A stretch of 64,000 nt of DNA, from the NCBI GenBank assembly GCA_965203055.1, contig OZ241863.1:3936001-4000000 (forward strand). The letters run 5' to 3'. The notes under the pieces are model-generated. The model had not been told where the DNA came from. It did not search any database and worked only from the letters and a program-made list of their open reading frames with translations. Below are positions 38,362 through 48,737 of the stretch, piece by piece. Made by a program: the position numbers and the translations under genes. How positions within the stretch are numbered: position 1 is the first letter of the stretch; the number at the start of each line of letters is the position of its first letter. The stretch is from Spirochaetia bacterium (GTDB lineage: Bacteria; Spirochaetota; Spirochaetia; SZUA-6; Bin103).

Positions 38362-39954
38362 ATGCGTTTCTTCAACACCGCCGGGCCGATGCAACCGGAC
38401 GCCCACTACTGCATCCCGCCGTTGAGCCGGCTGGACGAGGACGAGGTGCGCACCCTGATCCGGCAGCAGCGCTACTTCGTGCTGCACGCGCCGCGCCAGA
38501 CCGGCAAGACCTCCGCCCTGCTGGCGCTCACCGACGAACTGAACGTCGGCGGCGCCTACCGCTGCCTCTACGTCAACGTCGAGAGCGGCCAGTCCGCGCG
38601 CGAAGACGTCGGCGCCGCCATGCGCGCCATCCTCAACGAACTGGCCGGCGAGGCGCGCATCGTCCTGGACGACCCGTTCCCGGCGCAGATCTGGCCGGAG
38701 ACGCTGGAACGCGCCGGGCCGCACAACTGCCTGCGCGAAGTGCTGAGCCGCTGGGCGGCGGCCGACCGCAAACCGCTGGTGCTGCTGATCGACGAGATCG
38801 ACGCGCTGGTCGGCGACACCCTGATCGCGGCGCTGCGCCAACTGCACACCGGCTACGCGCGGCGCCCGCGGCACTTTCCGCAGAGCGTGATCCTGTGCGG
38901 GGTGCGCGACGTGCGCGACTACCGCATCCGTTCGAGCAGCGAAAACGCCGTGATCACCGGCGGCAGCGCCTTCAACGTCAAGGCCGAGTCGCTGCGGTTG
39001 GGGGATTTTTCAGCAACCGAGGTGCGCGCCTTGCTCGCCCAGTACACTGCGGAAGCCGGCCAGCCGTGGACCGACACCGCCCTGGAGACGGTGTGGGAGC
39101 TGACCGCCGGCCAGCCGTGGCTGGTGAACGCCCTGGCCCACGAGGCGTGCGACCGCGACGCGGCCGGCCGCGACCGCAGCCGCCCGCTCACCGCGGACGC
39201 CATCCACGCCGCCCGCGAGCAGCTCATCCTGCGCCGCGACACCCACCTGGACCAGCTTGCCGACAAGCTGCAGGAAGAGCGCGTGCACCGGGTGATCGCC
39301 CCGCTGCTGAGCGGACAGGCGACCACCGAGATGCGCCCGGACGACCTGCAGTACGTACGCGACCTGGGCCTCGCGGCCCGTGACGATCCGGTCCGCATCG
39401 CCAACCCGATCTACCGCGAGGTGATCCCGCGCGACCTGACCTGGACCACTCAGGCGGCCTTCACGCACGACCCGGCGTGGTACGTGGACGCCGCCGGCAA
39501 CCTGCGGCTCAGCGAGCTGCTGGCCGCGTTCCGGGAGTTCTTTCGCGAACACTCCGAGCACTGGATCGAGCGGTTTCAGTACCGCGAAGCCGGCCCGCAG
39601 TTGCTGTTGCAGGCGTTCCTGCAGCGCATCGTCAACAGCGGCGGGCGCATCGAACGCGAGTACGGCCTGGGCCGGATGCGCACCGACCTGCTGATCGTCT
39701 GGCCGGCCGCAGCGCCGCCCGGGCGCACCCGCCGGATGGTGATCGAGTGCAAGCTGCTGCACCGCAGCCTGGAGCGGACCATCCGCGAAGGGCTCGCCCA
39801 GACCCGCGCCTACCTGGACCGCTGCGGCGCCGGCGAGGGGCACCTGGTGATCTTCGACCGCAGCGCGGACAAGCCGTGGGAGCAGAACCTGTTCCGCCGC
39901 ACAGCACCCGCATCCGCCGCCGCCGGCCCGCCGATCACCGTGTGGGGTATGTAG
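38362..39954 (+). CDS. AAA-like ATPase with C-terminal PD-(D/E)xK nuclease-like domain
   Basis: FFNTAGP, APRQTGKTS, LIDEID; EREY..GRMRTDL..VIECK. Confidence 0.88.
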   Translation: MRFFNTAGPMQPDAHYCIPPLSRLDEDEVRTLIRQQRYFVLHAPRQTGKTSALLALTDELNVGGAYRCLYVNVESGQSAREDVGAAMRAILNELAGEARIVLDDPFPAQIWPETLERAGPHNCLREVLSRWAAADRKPLVLLIDEIDALVGDTLIAALRQLHTGYARRPRHFPQSVILCGVRDVRDYRIRSSSENAVITGGSAFNVKAESLRLGDFSATEVRALLAQYTAEAGQPWTDTALETVWELTAGQPWLVNALAHEACDRDAAGRDRSRPLTADAIHAAREQLILRRDTHLDQLADKLQEERVHRVIAPLLSGQATTEMRPDDLQYVRDLGLAARDDPVRIANPIYREVIPRDLTWTTQAAFTHDPAWYVDAAGNLRLSELLAAFREFFREHSEHWIERFQYREAGPQLLLQAFLQRIVNSGGRIEREYGLGRMRTDLLIVWPAAAPPGRTRRMVIECKLLHRSLERTIREGLAQTRAYLDRCGAGEGHLVIFDRSADKPWEQNLFRRTAPASAAAGPPITVWGM

Positions 39955-40006
39955 GAGGGCGTTTGCTTGCCAACCCGGATTGCGGCAACTAAGGTGCAGT
40001 ACCGCG

Positions 40007-40963
40007 GTGCATGCTTACATAATCCGGCGCGTCCTGCTGCTCATTCCGACCTTCATCATCCTCACCATGCTGGTGTTCCTGTCGGTGCGGTTGATTCCCG
40101 GCAACGTGGTGGACGCCGTCATGGCGCGGCTGGAGTTCGACGTGCAGGACATCGACCGCGAGCAGGTGGAACGCATGCTCGGCCTGGACCGGCCGATCTA
40201 CGTGCAGTACGTGGACTGGATCGGCGGCATCGCGCTGCAAGGCACCTTGGGCGATTCGTTCATCGGCGCGTTCACGGTGGAGGAGCGGATCGCCGGCCGG
40301 CTGCAGGTGACGTTGGAGCTGGGCTTGGTGTCGATCATCATCGCGCTGCTGATTGCGCTGCCGGTTGGCATCTACTCGGCGGTGCGGCAGGACAGCATCG
40401 GCGATTACCTCGGCCGCTCGGTGGCGGTCCTGGGGCTGGCCACCCCCAACTTCTGGCTGGCGACCATCGTCCTGATCTACCCGGCGATCTGGTGGGCGTG
40501 GGCGCCGCCGACCACCATGGTGCCGTTCCTCGAGCATCCGTTGCGGAACATCTGGGTGTTCGTCATCCCCGGCCTGATTCTAGGGACCGCCATGTCCGCG
40601 TCGACCATGCGCATGACCCGTACCATGATGCTGGAGGTGCTGCGCCAGGACTACATCCGCACCGCCTGGTCGAAGGGGTTGCGCGAGCGCACCATCATCC
40701 TGCGCCACGTGATCCGCAACGCCCTCATTCCCGTGCTCACGCTGATCGGTCTGCAACTCCCGATCCTGATCAGCGGCGCGGTGATCATCGAGAATCTGTT
40801 CGCGCTGCCCGGACTGGGGCGGCTGGCGGTCAACGCCCTGATCGACCGTGATTATCCGGTCGTGTCCGGGGTCAACCTGATCTTCTCCACGGTGGTGATG
40901 GGGCTCAATCTGATGGTGGACGTGCTCTACTCGGTGCTCGATCCGCGGGTGCAGCACCGGTAG
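40007..40963 (+). CDS. peptide/nickel ABC transporter permease (DppB-like)
   Basis: YIIRR, QDYIRTAWSKGL, RDYPVV; TTGCCA-17-TAAGGT promoter at 39967-39995. Confidence 0.92.
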   Translation: MHAYIIRRVLLLIPTFIILTMLVFLSVRLIPGNVVDAVMARLEFDVQDIDREQVERMLGLDRPIYVQYVDWIGGIALQGTLGDSFIGAFTVEERIAGRLQVTLELGLVSIIIALLIALPVGIYSAVRQDSIGDYLGRSVAVLGLATPNFWLATIVLIYPAIWWAWAPPTTMVPFLEHPLRNIWVFVIPGLILGTAMSASTMRMTRTMMLEVLRQDYIRTAWSKGLRERTIILRHVIRNALIPVLTLIGLQLPILISGAVIIENLFALPGLGRLAVNALIDRDYPVVSGVNLIFSTVVMGLNLMVDVLYSVLDPRVQHR

Positions 40964-40978
40964 CCGGGGAGCCGGGAT

Positions 40979-41962
40979 TTGGCGGCAGCGCGGCCTCAGT
41001 ACGGCAACGGCAGGCGCAGCTTCACGCGCGACCTGCTCCGGCGCCTGTTTCGCGAGCGCCCGCTGGGCGCGTGGTGCGGCGTGGTGGTGCTCCTGCTGTG
41101 CTTCACCGCCGCGTTCGCGGGCCGGCTGGCGCCGTTTCCGTTCAGCGAGATCCACCTGATCGACCGGTTGTCGGGCTCGACTTCCACCTACCTGTTCGGT
41201 ACCGACCAGCTCGGCCGCGACCTGCTCAGCCGGCTCATGTACGGCGCCCGTCTGTCGCTCGGCGTGGGCATCTCGGCCACCGCGCTCAGTCTGGTGGTAT
41301 CGCTGCTGGTCGGCGGCGTCAGCGGCTTCGTGGGCGGCAAGCTGGACCTTGCGATCCAGCGCTTGGTCGACGCTTGGCTGTCGTTCCCCTCGCTCCTGCT
41401 GCTGCTGACCGTGCTGTCGATCCTGGGCCGCGGCGTCCCGCAGATCATCCTGGTCCTCGGCGTCTCGGCCGGCATCGGCAACTCGCGGGTAGTGCGCAGC
41501 GCCGTCATCGCCATCAAGGGCCACCCCTACTTCGAGGCGGCGCGGGCCATCGGCAGCTCGCAGGCGCGTACCCTGCTGCGCCACGTGTGGCCCAACATCA
41601 CCGCGCCCATCATCGTGATCTTCTCCATTACCGTCGGCGGCGTCATCATCTCGGAGGCATCGCTCAGCTTCCTCGGCTTCGGCCTGCCCCCGGACGTACC
41701 GAGCTGGGGCGCCATGTTGAGTCACGAGGGGCGCAAGTACATGGAGGTGTCGCCGCGCTTGGCGATGCTGCCGGGGTTGGCGCTGACCGTCGTCGTCTAC
41801 TGCCTCAACATGCTCGGCGACGCGCTGCGCGATCTGCTCGATCCGCGGCTGCGCGGCGCCGGCGGGGCGGCCAGCGGCGCCGGCAGCTACGGCGCGCGCG
41901 CCGCCCGCGACGTCACTCGCGCCCTGCAGCGCGCGGAGACGCGCGCCGGGAAGGCGGGTTAG
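40979..41962 (+). CDS. peptide/nickel ABC transporter permease (DppC-like)
   Basis: FGTDQLGRD, EASLSFLGFG, GDALRDLLDPR. Confidence 0.92.
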   Translation: MAAARPQYGNGRRSFTRDLLRRLFRERPLGAWCGVVVLLLCFTAAFAGRLAPFPFSEIHLIDRLSGSTSTYLFGTDQLGRDLLSRLMYGARLSLGVGISATALSLVVSLLVGGVSGFVGGKLDLAIQRLVDAWLSFPSLLLLLTVLSILGRGVPQIILVLGVSAGIGNSRVVRSAVIAIKGHPYFEAARAIGSSQARTLLRHVWPNITAPIIVIFSITVGGVIISEASLSFLGFGLPPDVPSWGAMLSHEGRKYMEVSPRLAMLPGLALTVVVYCLNMLGDALRDLLDPRLRGAGGAASGAGSYGARAARDVTRALQRAETRAGKAG

Positions 41963-43704
41963 CTTGGCGCTGCCGGGCGGCGCACCACGATCAGGGTGCC
42001 GGCGCGCAGGCCGGCCACCCGGCTCACGGCTCCGTCCGGCCACGTCACCGCCAGCTCCAGCGGCCGTTCGGCCGCGGGAAAGCCGAAGTGGGCGCGCGGC
42101 GGATCGCTCGACAGGTAGCCGCTGCTGACCCGCACGGCGCGCCAGTAGGCCGCCCGGTCGGTGGTGAGCCGGAGCCGCGCCCCGACCGCGAAGCGGTTGG
42201 CCGACCCGGCCCAGTCGAGGTCCACCTGCAAGCTGGCGCCGCCGCACACCTGATTCTCGAACAGCGCCGCCGGCGCCCGGAAGTTGTTGACCACCACGTC
42301 CAGGTCGCCGTCCAGATCCAGATCCGCCAGCGCCATGCCGCGCCCGCTCTCGGTGGCGCCCAGCTCCCACTCCGGCGCGGGCGTAAAGTTGCCGGCGCCG
42401 TCATTGCGTAGCGCCTGATTCTCCTCCACCAGTTCCGCGCCCGGCAGGTGGCCGAACGCCTCTCCGATCATGCCGTTCACGGTGTAGAGGTCAAGGTCGC
42501 CGTCGTTGTCGAGGTCGCCGAACTGCGCCGACCAGCTCCATCCGGTGGCCTCGACGCCGGCGCGCGCGGCGTGGTTCTCGAATGCTCCTCCCGCGCCCCG
42601 CACCTGCAGGGTGTTGGCGTAGATCTGGCCGCGGTCGGCGGCGGCGGCGTCCGGCGGCAGCACCGGCGCCCAGGCGGCGTCGACGTCAGGTCCTGACCGG
42701 TACGGCTTCATGTCGGCCGCGAACAGTTCGAAGCGGCCGTCGTTGTCGATGTCTCCCTCCGCGAACGCCATCGTGTTGTAGGTGGTCTGGCGGAACGGCG
42801 CGGCCGCCACCCAGCGGCGCGGCGTGTTGAGGTAGACGTAGTCCGGCACCTCGTAGTCGTTGCCGATCACGATGTCGCGGCGCCCGTCGCCGTCAAGGTC
42901 GGGCAGGGCTATGGCCAACGCCATCGCCCTGCCAGCCATGCGCACGTGCTCGAAGTAGAGGGTGGAAAACGGAAACCGGCTGCGCTCTCCGCCGGCCCCG
43001 AGATTGGCGTAGTAGAACACGCCGCGCAGCCGGGTCCTGGTGTTCGGGTCGGCGCCGGCGGCGCGGCTCAGGAACAGCTCGCGGCGCTCGATCTCATCCA
43101 GCTCCTCGTCGTAGGTGGCGCCCACCAGGTCCAGGTCGCCGTCGCCGTCCAGGTCCGCCCAGGCCATGGCGTGAATCGGAAAGCGGGCGGTGAAGCGGCC
43201 ATCCTCTACCCGGGTGAAGGTCCGGGCCGCGCCGCTCCCGCGCAGCCACCGCGGCTGCCCGTCGCGGCGGGTCACCGCCAGGTCCAGGTGGCCGTCGCCG
43301 TCCACGTCCACCGCGTTGATCGCGCGGGTCTGCTCCTCGGCCAGCGCCAACGGCGCGAACTCAAGGTCCCGGCCGCGGTTCCAGAGCACGGTCACCGGCG
43401 CGCGCAGCCCGGCCAGCGCGATGTCGATCCGGCCGTCGCCGTCAAGGTCGGCCAGCGCCACCCCGGCGCCGTTGCTGTCGAACGGCTTGGGCGGCCAGTT
43501 GCCGGTGGTGGTGTGGGGGAGCAGACGGCGCACGAAGCGTCCGGAACAGGCGCCGGCGTCGAGCTGGCGCAGTACGCGGGCGGCGGCGGGGACCGGCGCG
43601 GCCTCCGCCGCCTCGGCGCCAAGGCTGCCGCCGCCGGCCAGCAGCAACCCGCAGACCGCAAGCCCAAGCCGCCGCCGGCCCCGCGGGAGGTCACCCGGCC
43701 GCAA
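41959..43704 (-). CDS. CRTAC1-like FG-GAP repeat / ASPIC-UnbV protein (start uncertain)
   Basis: Multiple DLDGDGxxD repeats, GWSWS, GYLSS..HFG. Confidence 0.88.
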   Translation of the reverse strand: MRPGDLPRGRRRLGLAVCGLLLAGGGSLGAEAAEAAPVPAAARVLRQLDAGACSGRFVRRLLPHTTTGNWPPKPFDSNGAGVALADLDGDGRIDIALAGLRAPVTVLWNRGRDLEFAPLALAEEQTRAINAVDVDGDGHLDLAVTRRDGQPRWLRGSGAARTFTRVEDGRFTARFPIHAMAWADLDGDGDLDLVGATYDEELDEIERRELFLSRAAGADPNTRTRLRGVFYYANLGAGGERSRFPFSTLYFEHVRMAGRAMALAIALPDLDGDGRRDIVIGNDYEVPDYVYLNTPRRWVAAAPFRQTTYNTMAFAEGDIDNDGRFELFAADMKPYRSGPDVDAAWAPVLPPDAAAADRGQIYANTLQVRGAGGAFENHAARAGVEATGWSWSAQFGDLDNDGDLDLYTVNGMIGEAFGHLPGAELVEENQALRNDGAGNFTPAPEWELGATESGRGMALADLDLDGDLDVVVNNFRAPAALFENQVCGGASLQVDLDWAGSANRFAVGARLRLTTDRAAYWRAVRVSSGYLSSDPPRAHFGFPAAERPLELAVTWPDGAVSRVAGLRAGTLIVVRRPAAPS

Positions 43705-43724
43705 GCCGCCGGGTGACCTCCCGC
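43683..43724 (-). terminator. 17-bp perfect inverted repeat downstream of the solute-binding protein gene
   Basis: GCGGGAGGTCACCCGGC-8 nt-GCCGGGTGACCTCCCGC. Confidence 0.6.
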
Positions 43725-43761
43725 CGGATCAGGCCGCCGTCTGCAGTCTGAGCGGCGCGCT

Positions 43762-45600
43762 TCAGAATCCCATCTCCGCCTTCATGGCCTGGTCGATCCA
43801 GAGGCGGGCGAAGACCTGATTCTTCTGCCACACCCCCATGTAGAAGTCGCCGTTGAAGCCCCGGACCCACGGCTGGCTGAAGTTGAACGCCGGCGAGATC
43901 GGCCCCCAGGTGTACCAGTGCTGCCGGATCAGGTAGTAGTCGGCCTCCTTCGCCGCGGCCTTGAGGTCATCGAGCGTGCCCGCCTCCCGCGCCCGCTTGA
44001 CCAGATCGTTGTACGTCGGATCGTTGAACTGGCCGCGGTTCCACTTGGCTCCCGGCTCCTGCCACTGCAGCGAGTCGAGCGGGAAGTAGGGCGTGCCGGC
44101 GATGGCCGGCGACAAGCCGAAGAGCTGGCCGTTGTCGAGCCGGCTGACGAACTCGGCGCCGTCCACCGCATCGACCTCGACCTCGACCCCGATCGCCTTC
44201 CAGTACTCGATGGCAATCTGCTGGTAGTCGCCCAGCGGCGACGCGTTGGACCACTGCAGCGGAACCTTGAACCGGACGCCGTCGGCGCCGCGCGGGTAGC
44301 CGGCCTCGTCCAGCAATGCCTCCGCCGCGGCGGGGTCGTAGCCGTAGGCCTGCCGCAGGTCTTGCGGCCACTCTTCGTACGGCACCACGAACCCGGTCAA
44401 CGCCCGCCCGATCACTCCCTGCGGGGTGGTTTCCGCCTGTCCCTTGTACACGGTGGCGGCAATGGTTTCGTTGTCCAGGGCCATCTGCATGGCGCGGCGC
44501 ACGCGGACGTCATCGAACGGCTTGTCCTGCACGTACATGGCAAAGACCTGATTGGAACGGAAGTAGTACGAATTCGCCCGCAGCTCCGGATTGGTGCGCA
44601 ACAGGCTGTCGGCCTCGTCGATGGTGTCCAGCGAGGTGGACATGTTGTGCCCGATGTAGTCGACCCGGCCGGCGCGCAACGCCGCAATGTAGGTGGCCGT
44701 CTCCGGCATGATCAGAACCTTGAGTTCGTCGACGTAGGGGAGCTGATTGTCGGGATACTTCTCGTCGCGCCCCCAGTAGTCGGGGTTCTTGTGGAAGGTG
44801 AGCGACTCCGCCTCCACCCAGTCCACCAGCATGAACGGCCCGGTGCCGACCAACGTCCGCCAGTCGGTCACGTCGCCTTTCTCCCGGATCACCTCCGGCG
44901 GCAGGATGAAGCCGAAGTTGTCGTCGATGAGCACCTTCAACGCATCCAGCGGCGGGGTATCGATCTCGACGTAGACCTGATTGCCGCGCGCTTCCAGGAC
45001 CGTGAAGTCGAGCTGCGGGAACCGGCTCGAGTTGGGCGGCGGCTGCTCGAACGGGCCGGTGCCGCTCAACCGCTGGAAGTTGAACACGATGTCCTCGGCG
45101 GTCAGCGGGCGCCCGTTCATCGGCGCCTTGTCATGCCAGCGGGCGTTTTCGCGGACGGTGAAGATGAACGTGTTGGGGTTCGGCACCTCCCAGCTCTGCG
45201 CCAGCGCGCCGGCGTAGTGGCTGATGTCGAGATACTCGGTGGCCAGCGCGTTGACGCTGCGGTCGATGCCCCAGTTGCCGATGCCCAGCTTTTCGACGAC
45301 GCCCGAGTTGGCAAAGCCGGCGGACAGTCCGCCGATCGACTGGTCGGTGTTGGCGATTTCGCGGTCGTTGGCCGCGGTCAAGGTGCCGCCGTACTGCGGC
45401 GCCGGGACCTCCATGCCGGTGGTCGGGTCGGTCACCATCTCCCGCTCCATGGTATCCATGGCCGCGGCGCTGTCGTCTTCGCCGGTAGGCGCCGCCCACG
45501 CCGCGCCCGCGGCAAGCGCGAGGCCGGACAGCACCGCCAGCGCCGGCCGCCACCGGCGCGCGTACGACGACAGATAGCGAAGCGCAAGCGATTTTCTCAC
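43762..45600 (-). CDS. ABC transporter substrate-binding protein, family 5
   Basis: AAGGAG SD; PQYGG, LAQSWE, VGTGPF, NPDYW, DVRVRRAM. Confidence 0.92.
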   Translation of the reverse strand: MRKSLALRYLSSYARRWRPALAVLSGLALAAGAAWAAPTGEDDSAAAMDTMEREMVTDPTTGMEVPAPQYGGTLTAANDREIANTDQSIGGLSAGFANSGVVEKLGIGNWGIDRSVNALATEYLDISHYAGALAQSWEVPNPNTFIFTVRENARWHDKAPMNGRPLTAEDIVFNFQRLSGTGPFEQPPPNSSRFPQLDFTVLEARGNQVYVEIDTPPLDALKVLIDDNFGFILPPEVIREKGDVTDWRTLVGTGPFMLVDWVEAESLTFHKNPDYWGRDEKYPDNQLPYVDELKVLIMPETATYIAALRAGRVDYIGHNMSTSLDTIDEADSLLRTNPELRANSYYFRSNQVFAMYVQDKPFDDVRVRRAMQMALDNETIAATVYKGQAETTPQGVIGRALTGFVVPYEEWPQDLRQAYGYDPAAAEALLDEAGYPRGADGVRFKVPLQWSNASPLGDYQQIAIEYWKAIGVEVEVDAVDGAEFVSRLDNGQLFGLSPAIAGTPYFPLDSLQWQEPGAKWNRGQFNDPTYNDLVKRAREAGTLDDLKAAAKEADYYLIRQHWYTWGPISPAFNFSQPWVRGFNGDFYMGVWQKNQVFARLWIDQAMKAEMGF

Positions 45601-45648
45601 GATATTACTCCTTCGCTGCTCAGGCGCAGCATCCAGGTTCGAAATATG

Positions 45649-45677
45649 ACTGTAGAGGCAGGAGTGCCGGCTGTCAA
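45649..45677 (-). promoter_or_regulatory. sigma70-type promoter
   Basis: TTGACA-17 nt-TACAGT. Confidence 0.65.
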
Positions 45678-45760
45678 AACGCGCCGCCCACGCCGCGGCG
45701 AACCTTGGGACGGACGACCGCGGCGGCGACCGCAGGCACGGCCGCCGGCGCAGCGGGCGG

Positions 45761-46099
45761 CTACTCCTTCAGCGCGAGGTGCACCATCAGCCGGACCCGC
45801 GGGCGGTCGCCGGCCAAGCGGCAGCGCAGCCGCAGCCAGCCGCCGAAGTCGCGCAGCGCGCGGCCGCGCAGGCAGGGCGCCGTCAACTGCAGCGGGGCCG
45901 CGCCCTCCAGGTCGCACCAGTGCAGGCCGTCGGGCGACCACTGCGGCACGGCAATCAGCGCCGTGCCCTCCGCCAGCTCGATGACGCGCACGAACCACGC
46001 GGCCTCGCTCGCCCACCCGCATTCGTAGGGTTCGGTGTCGAAACTGCCGGTGTAGGTTTCGTTCAGTTCCAGGGTTGCGGTGTGGGAACGGCGCAGCAT
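45761..46099 (-). CDS. hypothetical protein (DUF6385-like)
   Basis: TEPYECGWASEA, SPDGLHW, FGGWLRL; DUF name from recollection. Confidence 0.75.
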   Translation of the reverse strand: MLRRSHTATLELNETYTGSFDTEPYECGWASEAAWFVRVIELAEGTALIAVPQWSPDGLHWCDLEGAAPLQLTAPCLRGRALRDFGGWLRLRCRLAGDRPRVRLMVHLALKE

Positions 46100-46100
46100 G

Positions 46101-47045
46101 CTACCAGTCCGCCGAGATCAGCACCGAGTCGAGAAACAGGAAGTTGCGCACCGGCAGGTGGGTGCGCACGTCAAAGTAGACGTTCAGCAGCCGGTCGAGG
46201 CCAACGTAGGGCTCCGGGTAGACCGGCACCGGAATCTGCCGCAGGTCCAGCACCCGGTCGTTGACTTGCAGCTCGACGTTGCGCCGCGCCTGCAGGTCGA
46301 ACCGCCACCTGAGGTAATGCCAGTTGATCTTGGTCGGGATCTCGTTGCTGCACAGCGCGAAGCCGCCGCCGGGCACGTCTTCCCAGTCATCCCGCCGCAG
46401 CGTGTGTATGTCCTCCGGCACCGGCGCGCCGGCCACCTGCATCCTGGTGGTCGCGTGCAGCGAGGTCTTGTAGCGCCACCGGCGCACGAAGCGGCCGTCG
46501 AAGTCGGTGTTCTGGTAGCGTAGCGCGCACAGATAGCGCTTGCCGTCCGCGCCGTCGCAGACGTCGTTGCCGAGCGTGAAGTCGCCGAACATCGACTCGC
46601 TTGGATGGTAGTTGCCGTCGAACTGCTGCGGCCCCTTCAGCGCCGGATCGAAGTTGGCCTCCGCCTTGTAAGTGAAGTAGCACTCCACCTGCACCTCGGC
46701 GCGCGCCGCGTAGGTGAGCCGCTTGATCAGATAGCAGGAGGCGCCGGCGCGCGGCCGGGTGGCCAGCTTGAGGGCGTAGACGCCGTCCATGCTGCCGTGG
46801 GAGCCGACGTCGAAGAAGGTGCAGGTGGAGATCTGCGCCGGGCGCAGGTCGCGCACCAGCGGCTTGACCTGCCCGAGATCGTCGTCGTAGTTGCCGATCA
46901 GTTGCGTCCAGCCGTTGATGCCGTCGTCGAAGTCGTCGAAGCACAGCAGCCGCGGCAACGGGTTGAACTTGCTCAGCCGAGGGTCGGCGCGCCGCCGCAG
47001 CGCCACCCGGTTCGCGTCCTCCCACCCGAGCCGATACTCGTTCAC
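46101..47045 (-). CDS. hypothetical protein (DUF6772-like)
   Basis: GTGA overlap with the upstream stop; MNEYRLGW, FDDFDDGINGW; DUF name from recollection. Confidence 0.78.
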   Translation of the reverse strand: MNEYRLGWEDANRVALRRRADPRLSKFNPLPRLLCFDDFDDGINGWTQLIGNYDDDLGQVKPLVRDLRPAQISTCTFFDVGSHGSMDGVYALKLATRPRAGASCYLIKRLTYAARAEVQVECYFTYKAEANFDPALKGPQQFDGNYHPSESMFGDFTLGNDVCDGADGKRYLCALRYQNTDFDGRFVRRWRYKTSLHATTRMQVAGAPVPEDIHTLRRDDWEDVPGGGFALCSNEIPTKINWHYLRWRFDLQARRNVELQVNDRVLDLRQIPVPVYPEPYVGLDRLLNVYFDVRTHLPVRNFLFLDSVLISADW

Positions 47046-48721
47046 GCAAGCTCCTCTTCGCGCACCCGATATGCCTTCAGGATCGGCTGCGGGCCGCCGG
47101 CGTTGATGTTCTCGAAGTGATCGCTGGTGTAGTCGGCGATCACGATGGTGCCGTCGGCGAGCTGGGTCCAGGCGCTGTAGCCGGAGTCGGAAGTGTAGTC
47201 CAGCACCACCGTCCGGTCGCGCTGAAACTGGTCGGGGAAGCCCTCCGCGGCGCGCCAGCGCCAGTCGATCGAGTAATCGCCGGGGTTGTAGACCCGGCCG
47301 CGGCCGGAGCGCCAGCGCGTCTCCACCTCGCCGGCGGCGCCGAAGCGCACCTCCCGCTGCCGCAGCCGTGCGTCGGCGCTGGCCAGCATCTGCCGGCCGT
47401 CCACCACTACCCGGCAGCCGCCGGGGCGCCGCTCCAGGCGGTAGGTGTGCCACTGCGCGGTATCGAGGCAGACGAACCCGGGCCGGCCCTGCCCGCCGGC
47501 CTCGCCGGCGCCGGCCTCGAAACCCTCGTCCGCAGGCCGGGCGAACTGCAGCCGGCCGGCGCCGATGCTCACGCCGAACCCGGCGCCGAGCAGCACGTTG
47601 CCGGGGCCGGGAGCGCGGCGCAGCTTCAGTTCCAGGTCGACCTCGGCGGCGCCGGTCAGGGCGGGGTAGAGCGAAAACTCCACCTCGGCGGCGCGCCCGG
47701 CGCCGGTGGCGGTGAGCATCTCGCCTCCCGCGCGCCGGCAGCGGTGTTCTTCCCAGATGAAGGAGGCCGGCTCGAAGCCCAGCTCCTCGTCGGGGTGGAA
47801 CAGGAACGCGCGGCTGCCGGGCGTGCCCCAGCGGTTGCGGTAGGTCACCAGCAGCTTGCCGGACTGCAGCCGGTGCAGCATGGTGCGCTGGCCGTACACC
47901 GGCGTGAGCGTGGGCTCGCTCCAGGTGCGGCCGGAATCGTAGCTGCGCAGCAGCCGGCTCGGCTGGCCGAACTTGCCGCCGCCGAAGCCGATCCGGGTCA
48001 TGGCCAGCAGGCGGCCCGGTTCCAGCTCCGCCATGCCCACTTCGCAGTCGCCGTGGTAGGGCGCGTCGGTGACCGTCCCAAACGGCTGCCAAGTCTTGCC
48101 GCCGTCGGTCGAGCCGACCGCAACGTTGCGGTAGTAGACGGTGCCCCACGGCGCCGGCGGATCGTCGAGCGCCGGGCAGGAGGCCGACTCGGTGCGCGTA
48201 TACAGCAGGGTCCCGTCGGCAAGCTCGATCAGGTAGCCCGGCTCGCCGCCCACCGCGTCCACCGGTTGCGGCTCGCTCCAGGTGCGCCCGTGGTCGCCGC
48301 TCCACAACAGGTAGTTGGCCATGCCGCGCGCCGGCCGCTGCTGCCAGCGGGTCAACAGCGGCCAGTCCTGACCGCTGCCGCGCCGGCCCTCGTCCACCAG
48401 CACCACCAGGCGGCCGTCGCGCAGCCGGCTGAGCTGCGGCGCCACCCAGCACGCCTGATGTTCCCACACGTTGCGATGGGCGATGGAGCGGTGCCCCTCC
48501 CAGGCGCGGCCCCCGTCCGCGGAGCGGGCGGTCATGACGTGGGTGAACAGCGCGGTATGCGAGTCGGACAGGCGGTAGGTCGCCACCAGCCCCTCCGGCG
48601 TGTCGCGGATGCCGGCCACCGAGTGATACCAGCCGCGCGGGTTCGGGCACGGTCCGGGCGCCGGATCGCGCCCGTTGTGGTCGGCGATGACGAACTTGCT
48701 CGACTCCGGAACGACGCGCAT
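47042..48721 (-). CDS. BNR-repeat sialidase-like glycoside hydrolase
   Basis: Asp boxes SADGGRAW, SGDHGRTW, STDGGKTW, SYDSGRTW; DSGYS. Confidence 0.85.
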   Translation of the reverse strand: MRVVPESSKFVIADHNGRDPAPGPCPNPRGWYHSVAGIRDTPEGLVATYRLSDSHTALFTHVMTARSADGGRAWEGHRSIAHRNVWEHQACWVAPQLSRLRDGRLVVLVDEGRRGSGQDWPLLTRWQQRPARGMANYLLWSGDHGRTWSEPQPVDAVGGEPGYLIELADGTLLYTRTESASCPALDDPPAPWGTVYYRNVAVGSTDGGKTWQPFGTVTDAPYHGDCEVGMAELEPGRLLAMTRIGFGGGKFGQPSRLLRSYDSGRTWSEPTLTPVYGQRTMLHRLQSGKLLVTYRNRWGTPGSRAFLFHPDEELGFEPASFIWEEHRCRRAGGEMLTATGAGRAAEVEFSLYPALTGAAEVDLELKLRRAPGPGNVLLGAGFGVSIGAGRLQFARPADEGFEAGAGEAGGQGRPGFVCLDTAQWHTYRLERRPGGCRVVVDGRQMLASADARLRQREVRFGAAGEVETRWRSGRGRVYNPGDYSIDWRWRAAEGFPDQFQRDRTVVLDYTSDSGYSAWTQLADGTIVIADYTSDHFENINAGGPQPILKAYRVREEELA

Positions 48722-48737
48722 CGCCTCTCGTTGCGTC

